Positions 1 to 8,925 of a stretch of DNA of 64,000 nucleotides are shown in pieces. Source of the DNA: Tissierellales bacterium (lineage in GTDB: Bacteria; Bacillota; Clostridia; Tissierellales; JAOAQY01). The notes under the pieces were generated by a model. It saw only the letters and a program-made list of their open reading frames with translations, made no database searches and was not told the origin of the DNA. The stretch covers positions 32,207 through 96,206 of the forward strand of contig JAOAQY010000034.1 in assembly GCA_025210965.1 (NCBI GenBank), in the 5' to 3' direction. Position 1 is the first letter of the stretch. The number at the start of each line of letters is the position of its first letter. A program made the position numbers and the translations under genes.

Positions 1-85
1 CAATTATATAGTCAAAAATTCATCAGAAGAAGAGATGCGTGAAATTATAACGCAGACATGGGAACTCTATGGGGATGCAGAATAA
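1..85 (+). CDS. 3' end of an unidentified CDS (last 27 codons, ...TQTWELYGDAE, stop TAA 83-85)
   Basis: An open frame runs from the window edge (frame 2) to TAA at 83-85. It is too short to assign a family. Confidence 0.4.
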   Translation, partial: NYIVKNSSEEEMREIITQTWELYGDAE

Positions 86-152
86 TAGTATTATGGAAAT
101 GTAGCTTCAATCGTGCTATAATGAATCAATAAAGAATTATGAGGAGTTGGCA

Positions 153-788
153 ATGTTGAGCAAAAGAGAAGAACAGCTTAAGCAAGAATATATCAATTTG
201 AAAAAGTTTGATGAAGAATTTGGAGTTGAAAATCTTTGTGGCTTAGATGAAGCAGGACGTGGACCGATGATGGGACCTGTGGTAGCAGCTGCAGTAATAC
301 TTGGAGAAGAACCTATAATAGGAGTAAGAGATAGTAAAAAAATATCAGAAAAGAAAAGATATATACTAGCTGAGACTATAAAAGAAAAATCGAAAGCATG
401 GGCAATAGGATATGCTACTAGTGCTGAAGTTGATGAATTTGGAATTCAGAAAGCAAATTATATGGCTTTTGAACGAGCATATTCGAAACTTAAAGATGAT
501 GGAGTAGTGATAAATTATAGTTTGATTGATGGAAATTATAAGAATATTGATATAGAAAATCATGAAACAGTTGTTAAAGGTGATTCGAAAAGTGCTTGTA
601 TCGCGGCGGCTTCTATATTAGCAAAAACGGCTAGAGATTCTTATATAGTTGATGTATGTCATAAAGAATATCCAGAATATAATTTTGAAAAAAATAAAGG
701 TTATGGCACAAAAGAGCATTTAGAGAAGATAAAGGAGCTTGGTTTGACACCGTATCATAGAAAATCATTTTGCGGTAAATATATTTAG
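153..788 (+). CDS. rnhB: Ribonuclease HII
   Basis: It carries the motif GLDEAGRGPMMGPVV and has RNase HII length. The RBS GAGGAG lies 6 nt before ATG 153; the ORF-track start at 147 is a TTG inside the spacer. Confidence 0.9.
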   Translation: MLSKREEQLKQEYINLKKFDEEFGVENLCGLDEAGRGPMMGPVVAAAVILGEEPIIGVRDSKKISEKKRYILAETIKEKSKAWAIGYATSAEVDEFGIQKANYMAFERAYSKLKDDGVVINYSLIDGNYKNIDIENHETVVKGDSKSACIAAASILAKTARDSYIVDVCHKEYPEYNFEKNKGYGTKEHLEKIKELGLTPYHRKSFCGKYI

Positions 789-801
789 AAAGGATTAAAT
801 T

Positions 802-1143
802 ATGAATGGAGATATAAGAGAAATTGGAAAAGTTTTTATAGCAACAATAGTATCGATAATGATCATGTATCTGGGTCTATTTGTTGCATCTACAGTATTT
901 ATAGGAATTATAGTTTTACTTATTGGTATACATATTTTTGTTCAAATAAGGGACTTAAAATATGTTAGTAGAGCTTACTATAGAGAGTTTTCATTTAGAA
1001 ATCCTATATTGATAATATTATTGGATGTAGCTATTATTATTGCTGTTTTGAGTTTTAGTCCGATATTTAAAAGGATTTTATTTGCTGTATTTACAATTGG
1101 TTTACTGATAAATTTCTTAAAGATGTTGGTATATAAAAGATAA
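802..1143 (+). CDS. Small hypothetical membrane protein (about 3 TM helices)
   Basis: The 113-aa ORF has an AAAGGA RBS and hydrophobic stretches, with a terminator directly downstream. I did not recognise a family. Confidence 0.55.
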   Translation: MNGDIREIGKVFIATIVSIMIMYLGLFVASTVFIGIIVLLIGIHIFVQIRDLKYVSRAYYREFSFRNPILIILLDVAIIIAVLSFSPIFKRILFAVFTIGLLINFLKMLVYKR

Positions 1144-1183
1144 GCAGAAGACGTGATTTGTATTTCGCGTCTTCTGCTTTTTT
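1144..1183 (+). terminator. Intrinsic terminator between convergent genes
   Basis: A 10-bp stem GCAGAAGACG/CGTCTTCTGC is followed by TTTTTT. Confidence 0.75.
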
Positions 1184-1190
1184 GTTGAGT

Positions 1191-2321
1191 TTAATTATTT
1201 TTATTTACATGTGAAACTTGATTTCGTCCACTTTCTTTTGACATATACAATGCTTGATCTGAACTTTCAAGTAAGCCTTTCAAGGTATTCCCATCTTCAG
1301 GATAAGAAGCAATACCTATTGAAACGGTGAAATGAGGATCAGAATTAGCAGAGACTTCTTTTCTAAGTCTTTCAGCAACTAGAAAAGCTTCTCGTGTTCC
1401 GAGTCCTGGAAGTATTATCATGAATTCATCACCACCAAATCGGCCCAAGTAGTCATGATCTCTAATAGTTGAAATTGCAGTCTTGGCAAGAAATTTGATA
1501 CATTTATCTCCAACAACATGTCCGTAGGTATCATTTACAGATTTGAACTTGTCTATATCGAACATTAAAAGTGAAAATTCAGATGAATGTTCATCGTTTA
1601 TGAGTGAATTAACAATAGAAAGAGATGCATTTTTGTTATATGCCTGAGTCATTTTATCAAGCTTATTGCTCTCGCGAAGCGCCATGTTGTGTCTTTCGAT
1701 ACTCCATGTCCGTATCTTTAGTTCTCTTCTGAGTTCATCTTCAAATTCTTCGTCCAATTTTTTATACTTAGCGTCGTTTTGAGACTCATATGATCTCCAT
1801 TGGTTTAGACATTCATATAATGGTAAAAAATAAACCAATAATGTAAGTTCAAAACGTGGATCCAATACTAGTTCTGGGGAGCTAATTGTGAAAAAAGATA
1901 TTAGTATTGAGCCGAGAAAAAATAATTGCAAAATATAAAATTGATGTTTCCACTTTATATAGTCAATAATTAGTAGGCCAATAGAACAGGCTAGAATGAT
2001 ATAAAGTAAAATATTGACTGGAATTGTTTGAAAATAGAAAACAAATACGGCAATAGAAGATATCGCAATTAAGAAAAATACAAAATTTTCATGGTTGTTG
2101 AATAAATTCAAAATTAAAAAACTAGACAAGAAACCAGCGAGACAGAACACTAACAATTTTGGGTTTGTTATATCAATGCTGAAAAAAGGAGAACTCGCAC
2201 AGATTAAAAGTGGTAAAGAACCTGATAAAACTAGTTTTTTTAAGATATAATTTAATTTGTCCATTCGGGATATTAAAGAAAGCATAATTGCACCTAAAAA
2301 TGTAAAAAATATACCATACAT
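1191..2321 (-). CDS. Membrane-bound diguanylate cyclase (GGDEF domain)
   Basis: The N-terminal half is polytopic and hydrophobic. The C-terminal domain has the GGDEF motif (RFGGDEFMIILPG) and DIDKFKSVNDTYGH. RBS is AGGGTGG. Confidence 0.85.
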   Translation of the reverse strand: MYGIFFTFLGAIMLSLISRMDKLNYILKKLVLSGSLPLLICASSPFFSIDITNPKLLVFCLAGFLSSFLILNLFNNHENFVFFLIAISSIAVFVFYFQTIPVNILLYIILACSIGLLIIDYIKWKHQFYILQLFFLGSILISFFTISSPELVLDPRFELTLLVYFLPLYECLNQWRSYESQNDAKYKKLDEEFEDELRRELKIRTWSIERHNMALRESNKLDKMTQAYNKNASLSIVNSLINDEHSSEFSLLMFDIDKFKSVNDTYGHVVGDKCIKFLAKTAISTIRDHDYLGRFGGDEFMIILPGLGTREAFLVAERLRKEVSANSDPHFTVSIGIASYPEDGNTLKGLLESSDQALYMSKESGRNQVSHVNKNN

Positions 2322-2448
2322 AAGTAACCACCCTATCTTGAATAAATTGTAAAAAGCATATATAAATTATAACATATAATTTATAATTGTTTCTTAATTG
2401 ATACCCAAGAGCTTGTGGAATATTTCATAAAATGGATTTGAAATTGAA

Positions 2449-3279
2449 CTATAAACAATTGAGCTGAAATTGTTTTGGCGTCAATTTGTATTTTTTTTTG
2501 AATAATTTAATGAAATAAGACATGCTTTCAAATCCCAACTCAAATGAAACTTCGGTAACAGAGCGATCTTTTAAAAGTTCAGTAGCGAGTTTTAGTTTGC
2601 TTTCGTTAATGTACTTTTGTGGACTCATGCCATAATTTTTTTTGAAATTATGAGAGAAATTTGAGCAACTCATTCCAAGCATATCTGATAACTTTTCGAT
2701 TGAAATAGGTTCATGAAGGTGTTTTCTTATATAGTGGATGGATTGGTCTATATGTGTTGAACTTTTCATGCTAAGTAATTGCTCAGGAGAATACAACTTT
2801 AGTAGGTCATAAACCAGTTTTTGTGCATATAAGTCTATTAGAAAAGCTTCTTGTTTTGATTTTGATCTAGTTAAATTGTGGATATTTTTTATATCTTGTT
2901 TTAAGTCGTAATTATGAGTTCCTAAAATAAAATTATCATTTTGTTTTTTGCTAGAATTATTATATATAGGCATATTTGAGGCTACTTTTTTTATTAAAGA
3001 TTCATTTAGTTCGAAAACTAAAGCTTTTGTTTGAATTGGAATATCCATATCTACAGATGTATTTGCTGGCATTATAAGAAATTGATCAGAAGTGTATTTG
3101 AAAGATTTACTTCCTAAATTCAATTCTTTTTCACCTTCTAAGATGGTACAAAAGCGCAAATGGTTTTTTGATTTATAAGTTCCAGTATAATTTTTTGGTA
3201 AATCATAGTAGAGTGTTTTTACATATTCGGTTTCAAATCCATCTAAATTTTCTAACCTAGAATTGAAATTGTGTAGCAT
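2449..3279 (-). CDS. AraC family transcriptional regulator
   Basis: The C-terminal region is an AraC-type double HTH (SIEKLSDMLGMSCSNFSHNFKK...SVTEVSFELGFESMSYFIKLFKKKY). It is divergent from the adh gene. Confidence 0.85.
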   Translation of the reverse strand: MLHNFNSRLENLDGFETEYVKTLYYDLPKNYTGTYKSKNHLRFCTILEGEKELNLGSKSFKYTSDQFLIMPANTSVDMDIPIQTKALVFELNESLIKKVASNMPIYNNSSKKQNDNFILGTHNYDLKQDIKNIHNLTRSKSKQEAFLIDLYAQKLVYDLLKLYSPEQLLSMKSSTHIDQSIHYIRKHLHEPISIEKLSDMLGMSCSNFSHNFKKNYGMSPQKYINESKLKLATELLKDRSVTEVSFELGFESMSYFIKLFKKKYKLTPKQFQLNCL

Positions 3280-3323
3280 TTTAATTCCCCCAATACAAAA
3301 GATTGCTAAAAAAATATCATATT

Positions 3324-3370
3324 TTTTGAAAAAACGACTAATTTTTCAAAATAGAGTTAGTTTTGAAAAA
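3324..3370. promoter_or_regulatory. Three regularly spaced copies of TTTTGAAAAA (+,-,+) in the araC/adh divergent intergenic region; candidate regulator binding sites
   Basis: TTTTGAAAAA is at 3324-3333, its reverse complement TTTTTCAAAA is at 3342-3351, and TTTTGAAAAA is at 3361-3370. The spacing is 18-19 bp. Confidence 0.3.
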
Positions 3371-3423
3371 ATTTATTTGTTATACTTCAACTATAAACAA
3401 TAACACTTAAACAAGCAAGAACT

Positions 3424-3441
3424 TTGTTAGAATATTAACAA
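3424..3441. promoter_or_regulatory. Rex (redox-sensing repressor) operator-like palindrome upstream of the alcohol dehydrogenase gene
   Basis: TTGTTAGAATATTAACAA compared with the clostridial Rex consensus TTGTTAA-N4-TTAACAA gives 1 mismatch. It lies 60 nt upstream of the adh start. Confidence 0.55.
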
Positions 3442-3500
3442 AAAGTCAACAAGTGTGTGTTTAAGAAATTAGAGCATATAAATTTTAAGGGGGAATTAAA

Positions 3501-4658
3501 ATGGGTTTACAAGCATTCAGAGTACCTAAAGATATTATTTTCGGAGAAAATGCATTAGAGCATTTAGCTACATTAGAAGGTAAAAAAGCTACAATTGTAA
3601 CTGGTGGAAATTCAATGAAACGTTTTGGTTTCTTGGAAGAGACACAAAAACAACTTGAGAAAGCAGGTATGGAAGTATCAATTGTAGATGGTGTAGAACC
3701 AAACCCATCAATAGAAACAGTGGTAAGAGGTGGCCGTGAAATGGCTGAATTTAATCCAGATTGGATAGTGGCAGTTGGCGGTGGCTCAGCACTAGATGCA
3801 GCAAAGATTATGTGGGTATATTATGAGTATCCAGATACAAAATTTGAAGATTTGGTTGCTGGAAAATTCCCTAAATTGAGAACTAAAGCTAAATTTATTG
3901 CTTGTCCATCTACAAGCGGTACAGCTTCAGAAATAACAGCGTTTTCAGTAATTACAGATACAAAAAATCATATCAAATATCCTTTAGTATCTTATGAAAT
4001 GACACCTGATATTGCACTTTTGGATGCAAATATTCCAGCTAAGATGCCTAAGCATATAACAGCTAATACTGGTATGGATGTTATGGCGCATGCTGTAGAA
4101 GCTTATGTTTCAACTGCAGCTACAAGCTATACAGACCCATTAGCTTTAGAGGCTATTGATTTAGTTAAGAATAATTTACCAAAAGCTTATGAAAATGCAG
4201 GCGACATAAAGGCAAGAGAAGATATGCACAATGCATCAGCACTTGCTGGAATGGCATTTACAAATGCATCGCTTGGATTGGTTCATAGTACTGCTCATAA
4301 AATTGGTGGAGAATTTGGTATAACTCATGGTTTGGCAAATGCTATATTGATGCCATATATAGTTGAGTACAATAGAAAAGCAACTGATAAGGTTGATAAA
4401 TTAGAGAAGTTCTTTGGAATAGACAGTTTACCAGAGACACTTAAAGAACTTAATAAAAAATTGGATATACCAGTTACATTAAAAGAAGTTACTGAAGTTG
4501 ATATTCCAGAAGATAAATTCTTGGAAGTGTTGGATAGAATGAGCAAAAATGCATTTGAAGATCCTTGCACTTTAACGAATCCAAGGGAGTCATCTCCAGA
4601 AGATGTTAAGCAAATTTTTAAATGTGCATACTATGGAAAATCAGCTCTTGAAATTTAA
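3501..4658 (+). CDS. Iron-containing (group III) alcohol dehydrogenase
   Basis: It has the GGGSALDAAK motif, conserved His residues (HAVEAY, HSTAHKIGG) and is 385 aa. The RBS AAGGGGG is strong. Confidence 0.9.
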   Translation: MGLQAFRVPKDIIFGENALEHLATLEGKKATIVTGGNSMKRFGFLEETQKQLEKAGMEVSIVDGVEPNPSIETVVRGGREMAEFNPDWIVAVGGGSALDAAKIMWVYYEYPDTKFEDLVAGKFPKLRTKAKFIACPSTSGTASEITAFSVITDTKNHIKYPLVSYEMTPDIALLDANIPAKMPKHITANTGMDVMAHAVEAYVSTAATSYTDPLALEAIDLVKNNLPKAYENAGDIKAREDMHNASALAGMAFTNASLGLVHSTAHKIGGEFGITHGLANAILMPYIVEYNRKATDKVDKLEKFFGIDSLPETLKELNKKLDIPVTLKEVTEVDIPEDKFLEVLDRMSKNAFEDPCTLTNPRESSPEDVKQIFKCAYYGKSALEI

Positions 4659-4676
4659 TTAACTATAAAATTATTA

Positions 4677-4709
4677 AAAAACTAGCTTAAATAGGCTAGT
4701 TTTTTTTTA
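4677..4709. terminator. Intrinsic terminator after adh (A-run/T-run flanked, possibly bidirectional)
   Basis: The stem is ACTAGC/GCTAGT, flanked by AAAAAA upstream and TTTTTTTTT downstream. Confidence 0.7.
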
Positions 4710-4847
4710 TTCAAAATCATTTTTTACTCTATAAAGCTAAATTTGTATAATTTTGTCAAAAAAAAATACTATTTTTTGTATTTGTGTTTTGATTTATGGG
4801 TATAGGTTGGAATAAGATGGTAGTAAATGAAATTAGGAGGTTTAAGC

Positions 4848-6407
4848 GTGAATGATATGTGGAAAATATTGATTGTTGATGATGAGGAATCTGTTCATGC
4901 GATGACCAAGTTAGTTAGTAAAAAACTTGTTTTTGAGAATAAAAATGTAAAATTTTATAGTGCGTATTCTGAAGAAGAAGCAAAGAATATTTTAAAAGAG
5001 AATGATGATATAGCGGTTGTATTACTTGATGTTGTTATGGAACATAGAGATAGTGGATTCCGCTTGGTTAGATTTATTAGAGAGGAACTTAAAAATAAAG
5101 AATTACGCATTATAATTAGAACTGGTCAACCAGGAACAGCTCCAGAAAAAGAAGTTGTTTTGAAATATGATATAAATGACTATAGGGAGAAAACAGACCT
5201 AAGTTATCAAAAACTCATAACAGGATTGCTTATGTCTATCAGAAACTATAAAGATTTGATGGCACTTAAAAATTCAAAAGGAGAGACGTTGAGGGCTAAG
5301 GAAGAAGCCCACAAGGCTAATCAGGTTAAAGTTCAATTCTTGGCAAATATGAGTCATGAAATTAGAACGCCAATGAATGGGATAATGGGAATTACGCAAC
5401 TTTTGGAATATACAGATTTGACGCAGCAACAAGAAGAATATGTGAAGTTATTGAAGGACTCGGCAGAGAGATTGATGCATACTATAAATGATATACTCGA
5501 TTTATCAAAGATTGAATCTGGGACTATAGTATTGAAAAAAAATCCTTTCGGATTAAAGAAATTGTATGAGGAAATTGTAAATAAATACCAATATGAATTT
5601 GAAAAGAAGGGAATTGAATTCAATTATGAGATGGATCCTTTGATGCCTGAATATGTTTTAGGAGATAGAGATAAGATATATCAGATTATTTCTATTTTAC
5701 TAGATAATTCAATTAAATTTACACCTAAGGGTTATGTAAGATTTTGCATGAAAAGAGAAAAGACAAATTATATAAAGATTGAAGTTGAAGATAGTGGTAT
5801 TGGTATGACGCATCAAGCAAAAGACAGGATATTTGATATATTTACACAAGAAGATGAGTCAAATACAAGAAAATTTGGCGGAAGTGGATTGGGATTAGCA
5901 ATTGCAAAAAGTTATGTAGATTTGATGGATGGAGAAATCGACGTGGTGTCAGAACTAGGTGAAGGAAGCTTCTTTTCAGCAATAATAAGAATTTTGTATT
6001 TAGAAGAGGGGAAACAAGAATTAGATATAAATAATGCCATGTCAATACTCTTAGTGGAAGATGATTTGATAAATCAGCAAGTCATATCTAGTTTACTCGA
6101 AAGAGTTTCAGATAATGTAGATATAGCAATGGATGGAGAAAAAGCTTTGACCATGACCAAGAATAAAAAATATGATTTTATTTTTATGGATATAAGTATT
6201 CCAATAATAGATGGCATAGAATTAACAAAAATGATTAGGAAAATGCCGGATTATAAAGGAATACCTATAGTGGCACTGACTGCACACTCACATTCTAACA
6301 TCAAGAAAATGTGTTTAGATAGTGGGATGAATGATTACTTGTCAAAACCTGTAAAGGCTGACGAGTTATATCAAAAAATAGATGAGTTTAGTATTGACAA
6401 CTTGTAA
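4848..6407 (+). CDS. Soluble hybrid sensor histidine kinase (REC - HisKA - HATPase_c - REC), no TM or obvious sensor domain
   Basis: The N-terminal receiver has ILIVDDEE...LLDVVME. The H-box is MSHEIRTPMNG, the G-boxes are DSGIGM and GGSGLGLAI, and the C-terminal receiver has LLVEDD...FMDISIPIIDG...SKP. The RBS AGGAGG lies 7 nt before GTG 4848. Confidence 0.85.
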   Translation: MNDMWKILIVDDEESVHAMTKLVSKKLVFENKNVKFYSAYSEEEAKNILKENDDIAVVLLDVVMEHRDSGFRLVRFIREELKNKELRIIIRTGQPGTAPEKEVVLKYDINDYREKTDLSYQKLITGLLMSIRNYKDLMALKNSKGETLRAKEEAHKANQVKVQFLANMSHEIRTPMNGIMGITQLLEYTDLTQQQEEYVKLLKDSAERLMHTINDILDLSKIESGTIVLKKNPFGLKKLYEEIVNKYQYEFEKKGIEFNYEMDPLMPEYVLGDRDKIYQIISILLDNSIKFTPKGYVRFCMKREKTNYIKIEVEDSGIGMTHQAKDRIFDIFTQEDESNTRKFGGSGLGLAIAKSYVDLMDGEIDVVSELGEGSFFSAIIRILYLEEGKQELDINNAMSILLVEDDLINQQVISSLLERVSDNVDIAMDGEKALTMTKNKKYDFIFMDISIPIIDGIELTKMIRKMPDYKGIPIVALTAHSHSNIKKMCLDSGMNDYLSKPVKADELYQKIDEFSIDNL

Positions 6408-6440
6408 GTATGATAACTTAAGTTTTAAGGGGGAGATGGC

Positions 6441-8810
6441 ATGAATAAAAAATTAGAATTGAAACCAGGACAATTGAAATTAAGGTGTGATCCAAATATT
6501 TTTGAGGAAGAACTTTTGTGCAGAGAGTTGGAAGAAACTGAAATTATAGGACAGAAAAGAGCTGTCAAGTCACTTGCATTTGGATTTAGAATAAAGAGAA
6601 AAGGATACAATATATTTGTAACAGGCTTACCCGGAACAGGAAGAAATAGTTATGTATATGCACTTGCAAGTACATTTGCAAAACAAAGTCATACACCTGA
6701 CGATTGGATTTATGTGTACAATTATGAGAAACCAGAAAAACCAAAAGCAATAAATCTAGAAGCTGGAAAAGGGAAAGCTTTTCAGAAAGATATGCAATTT
6801 TTTATAGAAAAACTTGAAGAAGAGTTTCCTAAAGTTTTTACTTCTAAAGAATATGAAGAAAAGAAAAATAATATATATGTTGAATATGATAAATTGATGA
6901 ATGATGCAATTGGAGATTTAAATGAATTATCAGCCCCATATGAATTTGAGTTTCAAATGACTGAAAATGGTTTGATATCATATCCACTAAAGGATGATCA
7001 TCCTTTAACACAAAAAGAAATGGGTGAAATGGATGATGACGAAATTGCAGAACTGCGTGATAGGTCGCTACAGTTAAATTCAGTAGTATATGAATCTGTA
7101 AAAGCACTAAAAAATTTAGAAGTAGAGCTTAGACAAAAAATAAAAGAATTGACTGAAAAAATGGCATTAGATCATATAGGATTGCACTTAGAAAATATAT
7201 ATGAGTCTTATAAAGGCAATAAAAAAATAGAGCAATATTTAAAGTCAACATCGTCAGATATAATAGAAAATATAAAAAATTTCACATCTAACGAAGTAGC
7301 AGATCAAAAAGAAGCGTATATGAGAGAGTTATTTTTTACAAGGTATGAGGTTAATTTATTTATAGATAATAGCAAACAGGAAAATGCACCAGTAATAAAA
7401 GAACTAAACCCAAATTACTATAATTTGCTAGGTAAAATAGAGTATGTTAATGAAAATAATTATTATAGAACTGATCACACTAGAATAAAGCCAGGAAGCT
7501 TGCACACGGCTAATGGCGGCTATATAATACTCCAAGCAAAAGATTTATTGGTAAGTCCATATGCATGGGCTGGTCTTAAACGTGCTCTAGTGTCTAACGA
7601 AATACAAATAGAGAATATAGCAGCTAAAGGAACTGTTTTGGCTGAAACAATAAAACCAGAGCCGATTCCTATAGATACGAAGATTATAATAATAGGAGAT
7701 ACAAGGACATACCAGACATTATTTTACTATGACGAAGATTTTAAAAAACTATTTAAAATTAGAGCTGATTTTGACGTAGACTTGGATAGATCAGAACAAA
7801 ATATGAAAAAGATTGCAACGTTTGTTTCAGGTCATTGTAAGCAAAAAGATATAATGAAATTTTCAAGAGATGCATTGGCTAGATTAGTTGAGTATAGTTC
7901 AAGATTAGCGTCTAGTCAGGATAAATTGACGGCTCATTTTAATGAGTTGGTTGAGACGATTTATGAAGCTGAGGCACTTGCTGATTTTTCTGGAGCAGAA
8001 ATTGTTACGGAAGAATATATAGACAAGGCAATACATGAAAAGAATCAAAGAAACAATAAATACGAGGAACATCTATTAGAGATGATAGATAAAGAAATTA
8101 TAATGATAGAGACTGATGGAAGTGAAATTGGTCAAATAAATGGACTAGCGGTTATAGATTCGGGCCAATATTCATTTGGTAGACCTAGTAAAATAACTGC
8201 ATCTACATTTGCTGGAGAAGATGGCATACTCAATATTGAAAGAGAAGTAAATCAAAGTGGAGATATACATGACAAAGGAATGCTCATATTACAGGGGTAC
8301 ATGGGAGATAGATTTGCTCAAGGGTTACCACTTTCGCTAACAGCAAGCATAACGTTTGAACAATCATATAGTATGATTGATGGAGATAGTGCTTCTAGTA
8401 CAGAACTTTATTCATTATTATCAAGTTTGTCAGAGATTCCTATAAGACAGTCCATAGCGGTTACGGGAAGCGTAAATCAAAAGGGTTATATACAGCCGAT
8501 TGGAGGAGTAAACGAAAAAATAGAAGGTTTCTACAAGGTTTGTAAGCTTAAGGGTCTAAATGGACATGAGGGGGTTATGATTCCTCATCAAAATGTTCAA
8601 GATTTGATGCTATCAGATGAAGTGATAGATGCTGTAGAACGTGGTGAATTCCACATATACGCAGTGACAACTATTGATGAAGGGATAGAACTTCTTACTG
8701 GAGTAGAAGCTGGAGAAAAAAATGATGAAGGTGAGTATCCAGAGGGTACAATAAATTATTTAGTTCAGAAAAAGTTAGAGTACTATGCAAATTTGAGAAA
8801 AGATTATTAA
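6441..8810 (+). CDS. Lon-like protease of the LonC type (degenerate AAA-like module + S16 Lon protease domain)
   Basis: The C-terminal Lon catalytic region has DGDSASSTE (Ser) and IGGVNEKIEGF (Lys). The Walker-A-like motif GLPGTGRNS has Arg in place of Lys. There is a long helical insertion. Confidence 0.8.
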   Translation: MNKKLELKPGQLKLRCDPNIFEEELLCRELEETEIIGQKRAVKSLAFGFRIKRKGYNIFVTGLPGTGRNSYVYALASTFAKQSHTPDDWIYVYNYEKPEKPKAINLEAGKGKAFQKDMQFFIEKLEEEFPKVFTSKEYEEKKNNIYVEYDKLMNDAIGDLNELSAPYEFEFQMTENGLISYPLKDDHPLTQKEMGEMDDDEIAELRDRSLQLNSVVYESVKALKNLEVELRQKIKELTEKMALDHIGLHLENIYESYKGNKKIEQYLKSTSSDIIENIKNFTSNEVADQKEAYMRELFFTRYEVNLFIDNSKQENAPVIKELNPNYYNLLGKIEYVNENNYYRTDHTRIKPGSLHTANGGYIILQAKDLLVSPYAWAGLKRALVSNEIQIENIAAKGTVLAETIKPEPIPIDTKIIIIGDTRTYQTLFYYDEDFKKLFKIRADFDVDLDRSEQNMKKIATFVSGHCKQKDIMKFSRDALARLVEYSSRLASSQDKLTAHFNELVETIYEAEALADFSGAEIVTEEYIDKAIHEKNQRNNKYEEHLLEMIDKEIIMIETDGSEIGQINGLAVIDSGQYSFGRPSKITASTFAGEDGILNIEREVNQSGDIHDKGMLILQGYMGDRFAQGLPLSLTASITFEQSYSMIDGDSASSTELYSLLSSLSEIPIRQSIAVTGSVNQKGYIQPIGGVNEKIEGFYKVCKLKGLNGHEGVMIPHQNVQDLMLSDEVIDAVERGEFHIYAVTTIDEGIELLTGVEAGEKNDEGEYPEGTINYLVQKKLEYYANLRKDY

Positions 8811-8925
8811 TTTTGTTTTATCTGTCAAAACGGCCTATAGATTTTGTATATATTGTCAATAGAGATTTTATTAAGTGTAATGTAAAATATTACTAAAGAT
8901 ATAAACAAGAACTGGAGGGCTTAAT

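Noticed and set aside
6271-6286. A sigma-54 promoter-like TGGCAC-N4-TGCA inside the hybrid kinase gene. I noticed it because rpoN is in the window.
   Set aside because: The GG-to-GC spacing is one nucleotide short of the -24/-12 consensus. It lies inside a coding region, and no enhancer-binding-protein gene is nearby. I found no convincing sigma-54 promoter elsewhere in the window by eye.
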